Source: Gammaproteobacteria bacterium
Lineage (GTDB): Bacteria > Patescibacteriota > Microgenomatia > UBA1406 > GWC2-37-13
Direction of reading: 5' to 3'
DNA: 41,381 nt
Assembly: GCA_040380695.1 (NCBI GenBank)
Contig: JBEIIR010000001.1
Coordinates: 1-41,381, forward strand
Part shown: piece by piece, positions 7,419-15,674 of the stretch
How the letters are laid out: each line of letters begins with the position of its first letter
Position numbering within the stretch: the stretch's first letter is position 1
Notes under the pieces: model-generated
The model's database searches: none
Told to the model about the DNA's origin: nothing
The model's input: only the letters and a program-made list of their open reading frames with translations
Program-made: the position numbers and the translations under genes

Positions 7419-8332
7419 ACAATGTGTTCCACAGGAGGGCTTTCTATTTTGACATTTTCTCTTAGCCAGGCAATTAGGGTTCTGGTATCCTCAAATCTAT
7501 CTTCACTTTTTAACAAAACTATTAGGTATTCCCTTTGTTGAAAATTATATAAACTGATGAGGTTTTCTTGGGCTAGTTCGGTGTATCCTGTTTTAAGACC
7601 TGCCAATCCGGGAATATCTCCAAGAAGTGCGTTCACGTTATAGAGTTCATGAAAAGTAGTAAAATTCTTATCAGAAACTGTTATCTGCTTAATAGAGACC
7701 ATTTTTCTAAGGACATCATCTTTGAGAAGTTCTCTTGAAGCCAGTGCCAGTTCAAATGGAGTTGTTTTCTGATTTGGTTCGTCAAGACCAGCCGGATTTG
7801 AGAAGTATGATTTTGACATACCTAACTGCCTTGCGATTTGATTCATCTTTTGCATAAATTTATCCTGTGGATATGATTCTGATAGAGCATAGGCGGCGTC
7901 GTTACCGGATTGCACTATTATTCCGTATAGCAGGTTTTCTACTGAAATCTCTTCGCCCTCTTTAAGACCCATAATTTGACCAATTAGTTTGGGAGACTTT
8001 ATTTTTAAAATTTGATTATCTTTATATAGTTGACGAGTAGTGATGGCGGTTAAAACTTTAGTTGTAGACGCTGGGTAAAATAATTCATCAGCATTTTTTT
8101 TAGCAATTGGGGTAAAAGTTTCTAGATCTACGATGTACAGTCCCTGTGCGGAGATTGGGGGTAAGGGGGCATCTATTTTTACTGCTTCAGGTATTTTTAA
8201 TTTCTTTACAGTTTGAGTTGAGAAAAACTCGGCCCTCTCATGAAAAAAAATCATCAGATATGGGTGATGGCCAGGATAAAAAAGCAAAAAAAAAGCTACT
8301 GCAGAGTACAGAATAAATAGTCTGAAGGACAT
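7412..8332 (-). CDS. D-alanyl-D-alanine carboxypeptidase (PBP5-like, S11 family)
   Basis: SxxK (ASTTK), SxN (QSGND) and KTG (LKTGYT) boxes in the correct order, plus an N-terminal hydrophobic segment. Confidence 0.9.
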   Translation of the reverse strand: MSFRLFILYSAVAFFLLFYPGHHPYLMIFFHERAEFFSTQTVKKLKIPEAVKIDAPLPPISAQGLYIVDLETFTPIAKKNADELFYPASTTKVLTAITTRQLYKDNQILKIKSPKLIGQIMGLKEGEEISVENLLYGIIVQSGNDAAYALSESYPQDKFMQKMNQIARQLGMSKSYFSNPAGLDEPNQKTTPFELALASRELLKDDVLRKMVSIKQITVSDKNFTTFHELYNVNALLGDIPGLAGLKTGYTELAQENLISLYNFQQREYLIVLLKSEDRFEDTRTLIAWLRENVKIESPPVEHIVY

Positions 8333-8340
8333 AAATGAAG

Positions 8341-8369
8341 ATTATAAACAATAAACAGTAAACAGTAAA
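8341..8369 (-). promoter_or_regulatory. candidate promoter for the dac-like gene, built from the proximal heptamer units (TTTACT-17-TATAAT)
   Basis: On the minus strand, TATAAT is at 8346..8341 with its first two bases from repeat unit 1, and TTTACT is at 8369..8364 inside the array. The ATG at 8332 lies 8 nt after the -10, so this is a leaderless candidate. Confidence 0.45.
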
Positions 8370-8491
8370 CAGTAAACAGTAAACAGTAAACAATAAACAG
8401 TAAACAATAAACAGTAAACAATAAACAGTAAACAATAAACAGTAAACAATAAACAGTAAACAGTAAACAATAAACAGTAAACAGTAAACAG
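8345..8491. repeat. perfect head-to-tail heptanucleotide array, 21 units (14 x TAAACAG, 7 x TAAACAA), 147 bp
   Basis: Units counted by hand. The G/A variant order is A G G G G G A G A G A G A G A G G A G G G. The array fills the spacer between the aspS stop (8499) and the dac start (8332). Confidence 0.98.
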
Positions 8492-8498
8492 GAAGAGG

Positions 8499-9893
8499 TT
8501 AGGCGGGTTTTATGCCAAGCTCCTTAAGCTGTGATAGTTCTACCTCAGGTGGCGCGTCCATAACAGCAGTTTTGCCACTTGATGTCATGGGAAACGCTAT
8601 CGCTTCTTTAAGAGATTTCTCATTATTTAAGATCATTATATGTCTATCAATACCAAGGGCTATGCCGCCATGAGGTGGTGCGCCGTAACTAAATGCCTCT
8701 AACATATGGCCGATACTTTTTTTAGTTTCCTCTTTTGAGTAGCCCATTATTTTATAAGTTGCTTCTAATATCTCTGGTTTATGAGCTCTTATACTTCCTC
8801 CACCAGCTTCAAATCCATTGCAGACGAGATCGTACTGCGAAGTTTTAATCTCTGCAATTCTTTCTCCTTTGAGGTGCCAATCTAAATGTTCAGGAATTGG
8901 CATACTGAAAGGGTTATGTGTAAATGTCCAACCACTTTTGCCGTCAGATAGCTCGGCTTTATCCGCTTTATCAACTTTTTTAAAGAAAGGAAAATTTATA
9001 ACCCAGGCAAAGGCTAAAACGCCCTCTTTTTTTTCATCCTCTGATCGCAAATCAAATTTATCTGCACCAAAGTTTTTAATTGCTTCATCGTAATCAAATA
9101 CTGGAAATGTATCTTTTTGTAATTTGCCTCCAACCGTTAAAACAGCTTTTTTTACCATATCCTCCACAGTCTCCATAACGTCATTTCTTTCAACAAAACT
9201 CATCTCAAGATCTAGCTGTGTGTGTTCAAATCCTCTATCCGCCCGTAAGTCTTCATCTCTTATGCAGCGTGCAAACTGGAAATACCTCTCAACGCCGGCA
9301 ACCATCAGAAGCTGTTTGTATTGTTGAGGTGACTGAGGAAGAGCGTAAAACTTGCCAGGTTGTAGCCTTGACGGGACAAGAAAATCACGAGCGCCCTCTT
9401 TTGTAGCCTTAGTAAGTATCGGCGTTTCAACTTCGGTAAATTCTTTTTTATCAAGTTCCTGACGTAAAGCTTTGATATAGTTTGATCTAAGTTTGATTGT
9501 ATTTGCCATTCTGCTTCTTCTAAGATCAAGGTATCTATATTTCAATCTAAGCTCTTCATCAATATCGTATCCATCAGTATTAAGTGGAATAGGCGGCGTT
9601 TGAGCTTTATTTAAAATTTCAAATGAAGATATTTCAAGTTCAATCGTACCTGTTGGAATAAGTTTATTAACAAGTTTTTCTGGTCTATTTTTAATTTTAC
9701 CACTAATTTTAATTACAGATTCTTGCGTTAATTCGCGTAAAGATTCGTTACCAACACACTGTATTTTTCCAGTTCTATCACGCAGATCGATAAATATAAC
9801 TTTTTTGTGATCTCTTTTCGAATCTACAAACCCAAAAAGTTCAACGTCCTTATTTACATGCAAAAGGGTTTCAATGATGGATAGATTTTTCAT
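8499..9893 (-). CDS. aspS: aspartate--tRNA ligase, bacterial-type catalytic core without the GAD insertion domain
   Basis: N-terminal OB fold, FYALPQSPQQYKQLLM, motif 2 region FARCIRDEDLRADRGFEHTQLDLEMSF, and motif 3 GIALGIDR. GADKFDLR runs almost directly into FAWVINFPFF. Confidence 0.95.
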   Translation of the reverse strand: MKNLSIIETLLHVNKDVELFGFVDSKRDHKKVIFIDLRDRTGKIQCVGNESLRELTQESVIKISGKIKNRPEKLVNKLIPTGTIELEISSFEILNKAQTPPIPLNTDGYDIDEELRLKYRYLDLRRSRMANTIKLRSNYIKALRQELDKKEFTEVETPILTKATKEGARDFLVPSRLQPGKFYALPQSPQQYKQLLMVAGVERYFQFARCIRDEDLRADRGFEHTQLDLEMSFVERNDVMETVEDMVKKAVLTVGGKLQKDTFPVFDYDEAIKNFGADKFDLRSEDEKKEGVLAFAWVINFPFFKKVDKADKAELSDGKSGWTFTHNPFSMPIPEHLDWHLKGERIAEIKTSQYDLVCNGFEAGGGSIRAHKPEILEATYKIMGYSKEETKKSIGHMLEAFSYGAPPHGGIALGIDRHIMILNNEKSLKEAIAFPMTSSGKTAVMDAPPEVELSQLKELGIKPA

Positions 9894-9896
9894 GAT

Positions 9897-10565
9897 TTAT
9901 TCTGTCTTTTCTTCTGTTGGAGCTGTGCCCTCATCTTTAGTTTCACCAATTATTTCTGGTTGTTCAACCGTTGTTTCTGGTGTTATTTCTTCTTCTTTGT
10001 GTTCTGATAGAGATGCAATAATTGCATCTTCATCCTCGGTAATCTCATATGTTTCAGATTTAGGAAGATCTGACACTTTTATAACAGAACCAAATTCAGT
10101 AAGTTTTGTGGTATCGACTTCAATACTGCTTGGTATCTCATTAGGAAGTGCAGATACTGTTAATTCCTCCATTTGTTTAAGCATAATTCCAGCTTTGGAT
10201 TTGACAAGTTCTGGTTCACCGGTAAATTCTATCGGTACTTGTGCCTCGATTTTTTGTTTTAGATTGACTTTTCTAAAGTCAACATGAAGTATTTTGTCGG
10301 TAACTGGATGGAATTGAAGATCAGATATCAGCGTGGGATAAGATTTTCCATCAATCTCAAGATATATTACAGTTGTTTCCCCAGCTTTTTTGTATATCTT
10401 TTCAAATTCAAATAAGTTAACAGAAACTGCTAAAGATGAGAAATTTGGCCCATAAATATTTGCAGGAACTAATCCGTCTTTGCGCAAACTTCTGTTGGCT
10501 TTGCCAAGCGTTGATCTGCTTGTTGCTTTAAAAACTATTTTTTCATTTATTATTTTAGGATTCAT
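9897..10565 (-). CDS. rplY: 50S ribosomal protein L25 / general stress protein Ctc, with an acidic C-terminal tail
   Basis: RSTLGKANRSLRKDGLVPANIYG, HPVTDKILHVDF, and the two-domain Ctc length (222 aa). Confidence 0.9.
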   Translation of the reverse strand: MNPKIINEKIVFKATSRSTLGKANRSLRKDGLVPANIYGPNFSSLAVSVNLFEFEKIYKKAGETTVIYLEIDGKSYPTLISDLQFHPVTDKILHVDFRKVNLKQKIEAQVPIEFTGEPELVKSKAGIMLKQMEELTVSALPNEIPSSIEVDTTKLTEFGSVIKVSDLPKSETYEITEDEDAIIASLSEHKEEEITPETTVEQPEIIGETKDEGTAPTEEKTE

Positions 10566-10567
10566 GT

Positions 10568-12847
10568 TTATTTTGAAACTTTATCAAACTCAATCAAAAA
10601 TATTCTATCTGTTGAAATTGAAGTATTATAGTTGATGTTTTTATCGTTTACAAGAGGAGATAAATTATGCCTAACAATGGTAAAATTTTGAGGAACTTCA
10701 AATGTGAAATTTAAATCATAGTTAGGAGATCCGATCTGTTTTTGCAAAATCATCTGATAAAATCCTTTGGAGGCGATGATTGATGTTGGAAGTTCATATA
10801 CTATCTCAACTTTTGCGCTAGATTGGGTTTTGACAATCATAGGAAAGCCTATGGTGCGGTACCTTAGATTAGTTGAATCATAGTTTTCTAATTCTTTACC
10901 GTCTAAGATAACTTTTACAATTTTGCTGTTAGGCGGAAGATAGTGTTGAAAATAATTTTTGTAAATGCCACCTGGATAAACTCCATCTATAGAATCATTG
11001 TAAAAGTTAACAGTTAAAGTATTTGTGATTTTACCTGTTGAGTCAAGCTTTGCTTTTAGAGTTGAAGGTTTTTTGATAAAAAAATTTGCTTTATTAACAC
11101 CTAGATTGGCGTCAAATTGGTAAGAATAATCTGCAATACATGGCTCCATTATATCTTTTGAACAATCTGGGCTAATTAAAGTACCTGACCAAAATTCTTT
11201 TTTTAAACTTTCCTGTAACTTCTCTTCTTTTGAATAAATTGCAATCTGTTTTTGATTTAAAGAAGTTTCAAACGCAGTTAAAAGTAATGCCGGGTCGGCT
11301 GTTCCTAGACGTATAATTATCTGTTGTAGAAGATCTGATAAAAAGTTTTTTTTCTGAGTTGATCCTGGAAAGAAATTATCTTCAGCGTGAATCTGTGTTT
11401 TGATGTAAAAATTTTCAGCCGTAATCTCTTCATTGTAATCGGGCATAACTACGGTTCCCATCGCAGAAATAATATTTTTTACCGCTGATGTAGTTATTAA
11501 AATTCCGTAATCAAAGCCGTCTTCATTCATCTCAAGCTTTAGAAACTCTTCGGCTTTGAGGAAATTTTCTTTAAAATCCGGTGAAAAAGCTGAGTCTCGT
11601 AGATACCAGAAAGGTTGATTTAACATCTCAGATATTGGTTTAGGGGGTTCGATTCTGGCAGTTAGCTGACCATCCGCATCATAAACATCAAAAACTTTTA
11701 AATTTCTTATAGTAAAGTTGTCTGCTTCGAAAGTTGCATATGATCCAATAAAACCTCCGCCGGGCCTGAGTTCCATATTGTTAGCAAAAAGTAGTAGATA
11801 TTTTTTAGGCCTGCGCTCACCAAAGACACTGCCTAAGTAGGGTTTAAATGTATTTATGATATTAACTGCTCTTTTTAAATTCTCAATTTTAGAAATAATT
11901 TTCTGATTTGAATCAAAATTGTAGGATTTACTAAGTTCTAAGATGTAATTTAGATGTGTGGTGGTCTCTGAAATAGCATCTACAATTTTTTTAACTCTTT
12001 CTGAGTTATTTGTATTGCCTATGGGGTTAAAAATACTATCAATAATTTCTTTTGATTCATTATTAACTAAATTGTAAGTAAGCAATAATTTTGATATAGA
12101 GGTATTTGCTTGAATAAATTGCTCAAATGGTAGCGCAATAGAGAAGAAATGAAGAATAGGTCTTGAGAAATCAAACATTCTATCTGCAACATCTAGGTAA
12201 CCGCTTGCCGAAGAAATGTATGGATCTACAGATGTCTTAGAATTAGAATTTATTTTATTATACGCGGAATAGTGTAGCAGTGTGGCGGCTGAAAGGGGGA
12301 TAAGAAAGATGATCTGCGAAAGAAAAATACAGATCACGCCCGAAATTATAAGGTGCTTCTTTGATAGCTTAAAATTTTTATTTATTTTATTTTGCAACCC
12401 TATTTTATCAACGGATAAATTGCGTGCAATATTTAGATAGGTGTCTGTAGTCCTGGAGAAAGCAAACCAAAAAATAGATTCCAAATCCTCCTTGTAGTAC
12501 CTTGGCTCGGTGTTTAGATTGACTATTTTTATATTAGACAATTGATTATCGTCACAATATTTAGTGTATTCCTGGGATATCTCATCCTGACCGAAGAAAA
12601 TGTAAATAAATTTTTTTGAGTTTTTGCCAGAGACAATTGAGGGATGTAGCATCTCAGATTGAACGACAAAGCAGGCAGTATATTTCTCTAAATTGGTTAA
12701 ATTTATTCTTGCGCCAGAGAAAATACCTATATTCATATTTTTGAGCTTATGCTTAAGCATTTTGGTAAATCTTGTTTCTTCTTGATGCAGGATAAATACA
12801 CTCTGTTTTTCTGTATTTACTTCAATATTAAATTTCATATTAATCAT
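10568..12847 (-). CDS. large membrane protein, DUF4012-like
   Basis: 759 aa: an N-terminal cytoplasmic region of about 170 aa, one TM segment, then a large extracytoplasmic domain containing LRPGGGFIGSYA, which I associate with DUF4012. The family assignment is from memory. Confidence 0.7.
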   Translation of the reverse strand: MINMKFNIEVNTEKQSVFILHQEETRFTKMLKHKLKNMNIGIFSGARINLTNLEKYTACFVVQSEMLHPSIVSGKNSKKFIYIFFGQDEISQEYTKYCDDNQLSNIKIVNLNTEPRYYKEDLESIFWFAFSRTTDTYLNIARNLSVDKIGLQNKINKNFKLSKKHLIISGVICIFLSQIIFLIPLSAATLLHYSAYNKINSNSKTSVDPYISSASGYLDVADRMFDFSRPILHFFSIALPFEQFIQANTSISKLLLTYNLVNNESKEIIDSIFNPIGNTNNSERVKKIVDAISETTTHLNYILELSKSYNFDSNQKIISKIENLKRAVNIINTFKPYLGSVFGERRPKKYLLLFANNMELRPGGGFIGSYATFEADNFTIRNLKVFDVYDADGQLTARIEPPKPISEMLNQPFWYLRDSAFSPDFKENFLKAEEFLKLEMNEDGFDYGILITTSAVKNIISAMGTVVMPDYNEEITAENFYIKTQIHAEDNFFPGSTQKKNFLSDLLQQIIIRLGTADPALLLTAFETSLNQKQIAIYSKEEKLQESLKKEFWSGTLISPDCSKDIMEPCIADYSYQFDANLGVNKANFFIKKPSTLKAKLDSTGKITNTLTVNFYNDSIDGVYPGGIYKNYFQHYLPPNSKIVKVILDGKELENYDSTNLRYRTIGFPMIVKTQSSAKVEIVYELPTSIIASKGFYQMILQKQIGSPNYDLNFTFEVPQNFTIVRHNLSPLVNDKNINYNTSISTDRIFLIEFDKVSK

Positions 12848-12874
12848 GCTTTTTTAAAATAAGTTACTTTGGCT

Positions 12875-12883
12875 TGGTATAAT
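12875..12883 (+). promoter_or_regulatory. extended -10 box TGGTATAAT, 6 nt upstream of the ATG at 12890 (leaderless candidate)
   Basis: TGGTATAAT-tgtatt-ATG. This is nearly identical to the rmuC upstream sequence. Confidence 0.5.
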
Positions 12884-12889
12884 TGTATT

Positions 12890-13357
12890 ATGAACGCTGT
12901 CATAATTGATTACCAAAATCCACATTTAATGAAAGAAATTCCAGATATTCAGCCAAAAATATTGGTAGGCGGTTGTTTTGATATTTTGCACTATGGGCAT
13001 TTAATCTTTTTTCAAAGGGCATATAGCCTTGGAAATAAAATAATAATTGCCTTAGAGTCAGACGATAAAATTAGAGAGCTTAAAAAACGTGCACCTTTTC
13101 ACAATCAGGACCAGAGAGCTTTAATTTTATCAAGTTTAAACATGGTTGCTGGTGTGATTAAGTTAGATCAGATGAAAACAGATAAGGATTATGAAAAGTT
13201 AGTCTCTATTGTGAAGCCAAATTATATCGCTGTTACAGAGGGTGATATCAATTTACATAAAAAAAAGAGATCTGCCGATTTAGTTGGGGCAAAGGTAATT
13301 GAAGTGTCGCCTGTCGTAGAGGAATTCTCTACGTCCAAAATTTTAAAATTTACCTAA
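12890..13357 (+). CDS. cytidylyltransferase-fold nucleotidyltransferase (TagD/RfaE-II/RibL-like)
   Basis: GGCFDILHYGHLIFFQRA (HxGH motif) and a small single domain. The track ORF starts at TTG 12869, inside the -10 box; the ATG at 12890 is preferred. Confidence 0.8.
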   Translation: MNAVIIDYQNPHLMKEIPDIQPKILVGGCFDILHYGHLIFFQRAYSLGNKIIIALESDDKIRELKKRAPFHNQDQRALILSSLNMVAGVIKLDQMKTDKDYEKLVSIVKPNYIAVTEGDINLHKKKRSADLVGAKVIEVSPVVEEFSTSKILKFT

Positions 13358-13361
13358 AAAT

Positions 13362-13913
13362 ATGAAACTTTTTCTTGTTGTGAGGCCTAAAAAAAACACT
13401 TTAACGGCGATACACAACGATTTTTCGGAGTTCAAATTAAAACATAGAATTTTTGAATTCGAAGATGAGAGTAATTTATTAATACCTATTGCTATATTAG
13501 GTGATTACTCGTACGACAAACTCCCGTTAGTAAAGGAGGCCATATTGCAATCTATTTTTGATTTTAGACCCATAAGCATTTTCTTTGAACGTTTAAAATT
13601 TTTACAAAAGGATAAACGGCTGATATTGCTGGGGGCTTTTCATAAAAATAAAGCCCTGCAAGAGATTCGTGATCGGCTTGCATACTACTGTTCTTCAGAA
13701 GGGGTAAATAAGATAAACGAGAATTTAATCCCATATCTAACAATTGCTAGCGCAAAACTTCCTTCTAAGCAGCAATATCTACACTTGAAGAAAAAAATAG
13801 AGAGAATGAAGTTGGCATTCGAAATATATATCGATACTTTTGAACTTGTGAGCTCAGTAGAAGATTCAACGAGCCAAAGCTATGAAGTAATCCATAGCTT
13901 TGAAGCTCGTTAA
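13362..13913 (+). CDS. 2H-phosphoesterase (LigT)-like protein lacking both catalytic His-x-Thr motifs
   Basis: By-eye collinearity with LigT: KLFLVV, NLLIPIAILGD where NLHLTLAFLG is expected, PYLTIAS where PHITL is expected, and FELVSS. This is a weak similarity call. Confidence 0.45.
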   Translation: MKLFLVVRPKKNTLTAIHNDFSEFKLKHRIFEFEDESNLLIPIAILGDYSYDKLPLVKEAILQSIFDFRPISIFFERLKFLQKDKRLILLGAFHKNKALQEIRDRLAYYCSSEGVNKINENLIPYLTIASAKLPSKQQYLHLKKKIERMKLAFEIYIDTFELVSSVEDSTSQSYEVIHSFEAR

Positions 13914-13935
13914 ATCAAGAGAAACTTTCCTTAAA

Positions 13936-14139
13936 TTATTTAAGACCATCCCAGGTCTCTTTGCTTACAAATTTGGTTAGCTTAACACCATTTTTTTCAG
14001 CTTTTACTGCATATCTAATCTGTTTTTTACCATCTTTAGATTCTCTTTCATAAGTTACTTTTTCAACCTCTGAAGAATCTACATCTACTTTTGTTCGATT
14101 TTTAACATCGTAAAACTGTATTACTGACATTTTTTTCAC
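13936..14139 (-). CDS. small basic protein (67 aa), possible nucleic-acid-binding protein
   Basis: It is preceded by the only canonical SD I found in the window (GGAGGTG, 6 nt before the ATG). It is Lys-rich with a beta-strand-like alternating pattern (FYDVKNRTKV...IRYAVKAEKNGVKLTKFVS). Confidence 0.6.
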   Translation of the reverse strand: MKKMSVIQFYDVKNRTKVDVDSSEVEKVTYERESKDGKKQIRYAVKAEKNGVKLTKFVSKETWDGLK

Positions 14140-14187
14140 CTCCCTTCATCTTTTAAATTGATAATTATCGTAAAAACTTTAAGAAAA

Positions 14188-14361
14188 CTATAATCTGTTA
14201 GAAAATGCAAAGATAACAGTTTGAATTGTTAAAATGACTACGGAAATATACAAAGTCTTTCTTAGATCTTTGACGGTATTTTTTGTGTTTTGTGACAATT
14301 GGAGATTTGTTGACTCTATTTTTTTTGTAATAAATTTATTTTTGAGCTTATTTTTTGCCAT
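14188..14361 (-). CDS. possible small tail-anchored membrane protein (57 aa), below the ORF-track cutoff
   Basis: Hand translation gives MAKNKLKNKFITKKIESTNLQLSQNTKNTVKDLRKTLYISVVILTIQTVIFAFSNRL. It lies upstream of, and on the same strand as, the 67-aa gene. An equally long ORF exists on the opposite strand, so this call is uncertain. Confidence 0.3.
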   Translation of the reverse strand: MAKNKLKNKFITKKIESTNLQLSQNTKNTVKDLRKTLYISVVILTIQTVIFAFSNRL

Positions 14362-14502
14362 GACTCATTTAATCATACATTATACAGTTATGCAAGTAGG
14401 TTTATAAAAAACTATACTTCTTACAAATTTTTTTAATTACGTGTAAAATACATTTTATAAATATTTCATTCTTTTAAATGTTTTCACAGTATTTAAGCAA
14501 AC

Positions 14503-15666
14503 ATGAATAAAAAAATTCTAATATTGTTGAGTATATTTGTTTATGTAACTGGTTTTATAGCTACTTATCGTGTTTTTGCCAAAGAGGGGCTTAGTAACAT
14601 TATCGGATCGGACTCCAATTATAAAGTTCCTGTAACAAACTCAGTAAATGGAGAAGACTTAGAGCCTAAAACTGAAGAATGTCCACTAAATGGAAAGCTG
14701 TACTCTAAAAAACAGAGAAGCTTATGGGAGGATCGTAGGCCTCTAGGCATAATGGTTCAAAATAATCTTGAGGCACGACCGCAATCAGGATTATCTAGCG
14801 CCGACATTATTCATGAAGCAGTGGCTGAGGGAGGAATCACAAGGTTTTTAGTGATGTATTATTGTGATAATCCAAAAGTTGTAGGTTCTGTAAGGTCTGC
14901 AAGGGTGTATTACATCACTTTACTACAGGGATTTGGAAATTACCCTCTTTATGCGCATGTAGGAGGAGCCAACACCCCTGGTCCCGCTGATGCATTAGGA
15001 ATGATTAAAAAATTGAAATGGTTTGGTTATAACGACATGGATCAGTTTTCAGTACCTTTCCCACAGTATTGGCGAGATTATGATAGATTGCCGGGAAGAG
15101 CTACCGAACACACTGTTTACACGAATACTACCAAATTATGGGAGTTTGCTAAAAATAAAAGAGAGCTTGCCGACGTAGACGATGAGGGTGTAGAATGGGA
15201 CTCTAATTGGAAACCATGGCTTTTTAAAGATGGATCGGTTACGACAAAAGAAAAAAAAGTGGCTAAGATATCGTATGGATTCTGGGACAATAACATTGGT
15301 TCTGACTATGTTGTAGATTGGGATTTTGATTCTGTTACAAACATGTACAAGCGCACTAATGGAGGAGTGCCTCATATGGATAATAATAATGATAAGCAGT
15401 TATCCGCATCAAATGTTATAGTGGTATTTTCAGATGAAAGTGTGGCGAACGACGGTTACGAGGGCGGGCAACATATGCTATATGATTTGTTAGGCACAGG
15501 CGAAGCTTTGATTTTTCAAAATGGAGAGGTTGTAAAAACAAGCTGGAGAAAGCAGAAAGCTACAGATATGATTAGATTTTACGACAGTAGGAACAAAGAA
15601 GTGGAGATGGTAAGAGGATTGATCTGGATCTCAATACTGCCATCTGACAATGAGGTTACTTATTAA
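14503..15666 (+). CDS. DUF3048 (YerB-like) secreted/lipoprotein-type protein
   Basis: N-terminal TM/signal segment. RPLGIMVQNNLEARPQSGLSSADIIHEAVAEGGITRFLVMY matches the DUF3048 N-terminal block as I recall it. Confidence 0.75.
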   Translation: MNKKILILLSIFVYVTGFIATYRVFAKEGLSNIIGSDSNYKVPVTNSVNGEDLEPKTEECPLNGKLYSKKQRSLWEDRRPLGIMVQNNLEARPQSGLSSADIIHEAVAEGGITRFLVMYYCDNPKVVGSVRSARVYYITLLQGFGNYPLYAHVGGANTPGPADALGMIKKLKWFGYNDMDQFSVPFPQYWRDYDRLPGRATEHTVYTNTTKLWEFAKNKRELADVDDEGVEWDSNWKPWLFKDGSVTTKEKKVAKISYGFWDNNIGSDYVVDWDFDSVTNMYKRTNGGVPHMDNNNDKQLSASNVIVVFSDESVANDGYEGGQHMLYDLLGTGEALIFQNGEVVKTSWRKQKATDMIRFYDSRNKEVEMVRGLIWISILPSDNEVTY

Positions 15667-15674
15667 ATTCAAAA

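Noticed and set aside
8238-8435. 65-aa minus-strand ORF with the repeating peptide FTVYCLL/FIVYCLL.
   Set aside because: It is simply the translation of the heptamer array, which is open in all three minus-strand frames. It can only start at TTG, is out of frame with dac, and overlaps the dac N-terminus. In the dac frame, a TAA sits at 8344..8342 at the array border, so no repeat-encoded N-terminal extension of Dac is possible.
8345-8491. Possibility that the repeat region is a CRISPR array.
   Set aside because: The units are 7 bp and contiguous with no spacers, and there are no cas genes in the window.
14234-14407. A 57-codon plus-strand ORF (MTTEIYKVFLRSLTVFFVF...) in the 14140-14502 spacer.
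   Set aside because: It is the mirror of the minus-strand 57-codon ORF. It is Phe-rich because it reads the T-rich strand, whereas coding strands in this window are A-rich. It has no promoter or SD support, so at most one of the two is real.
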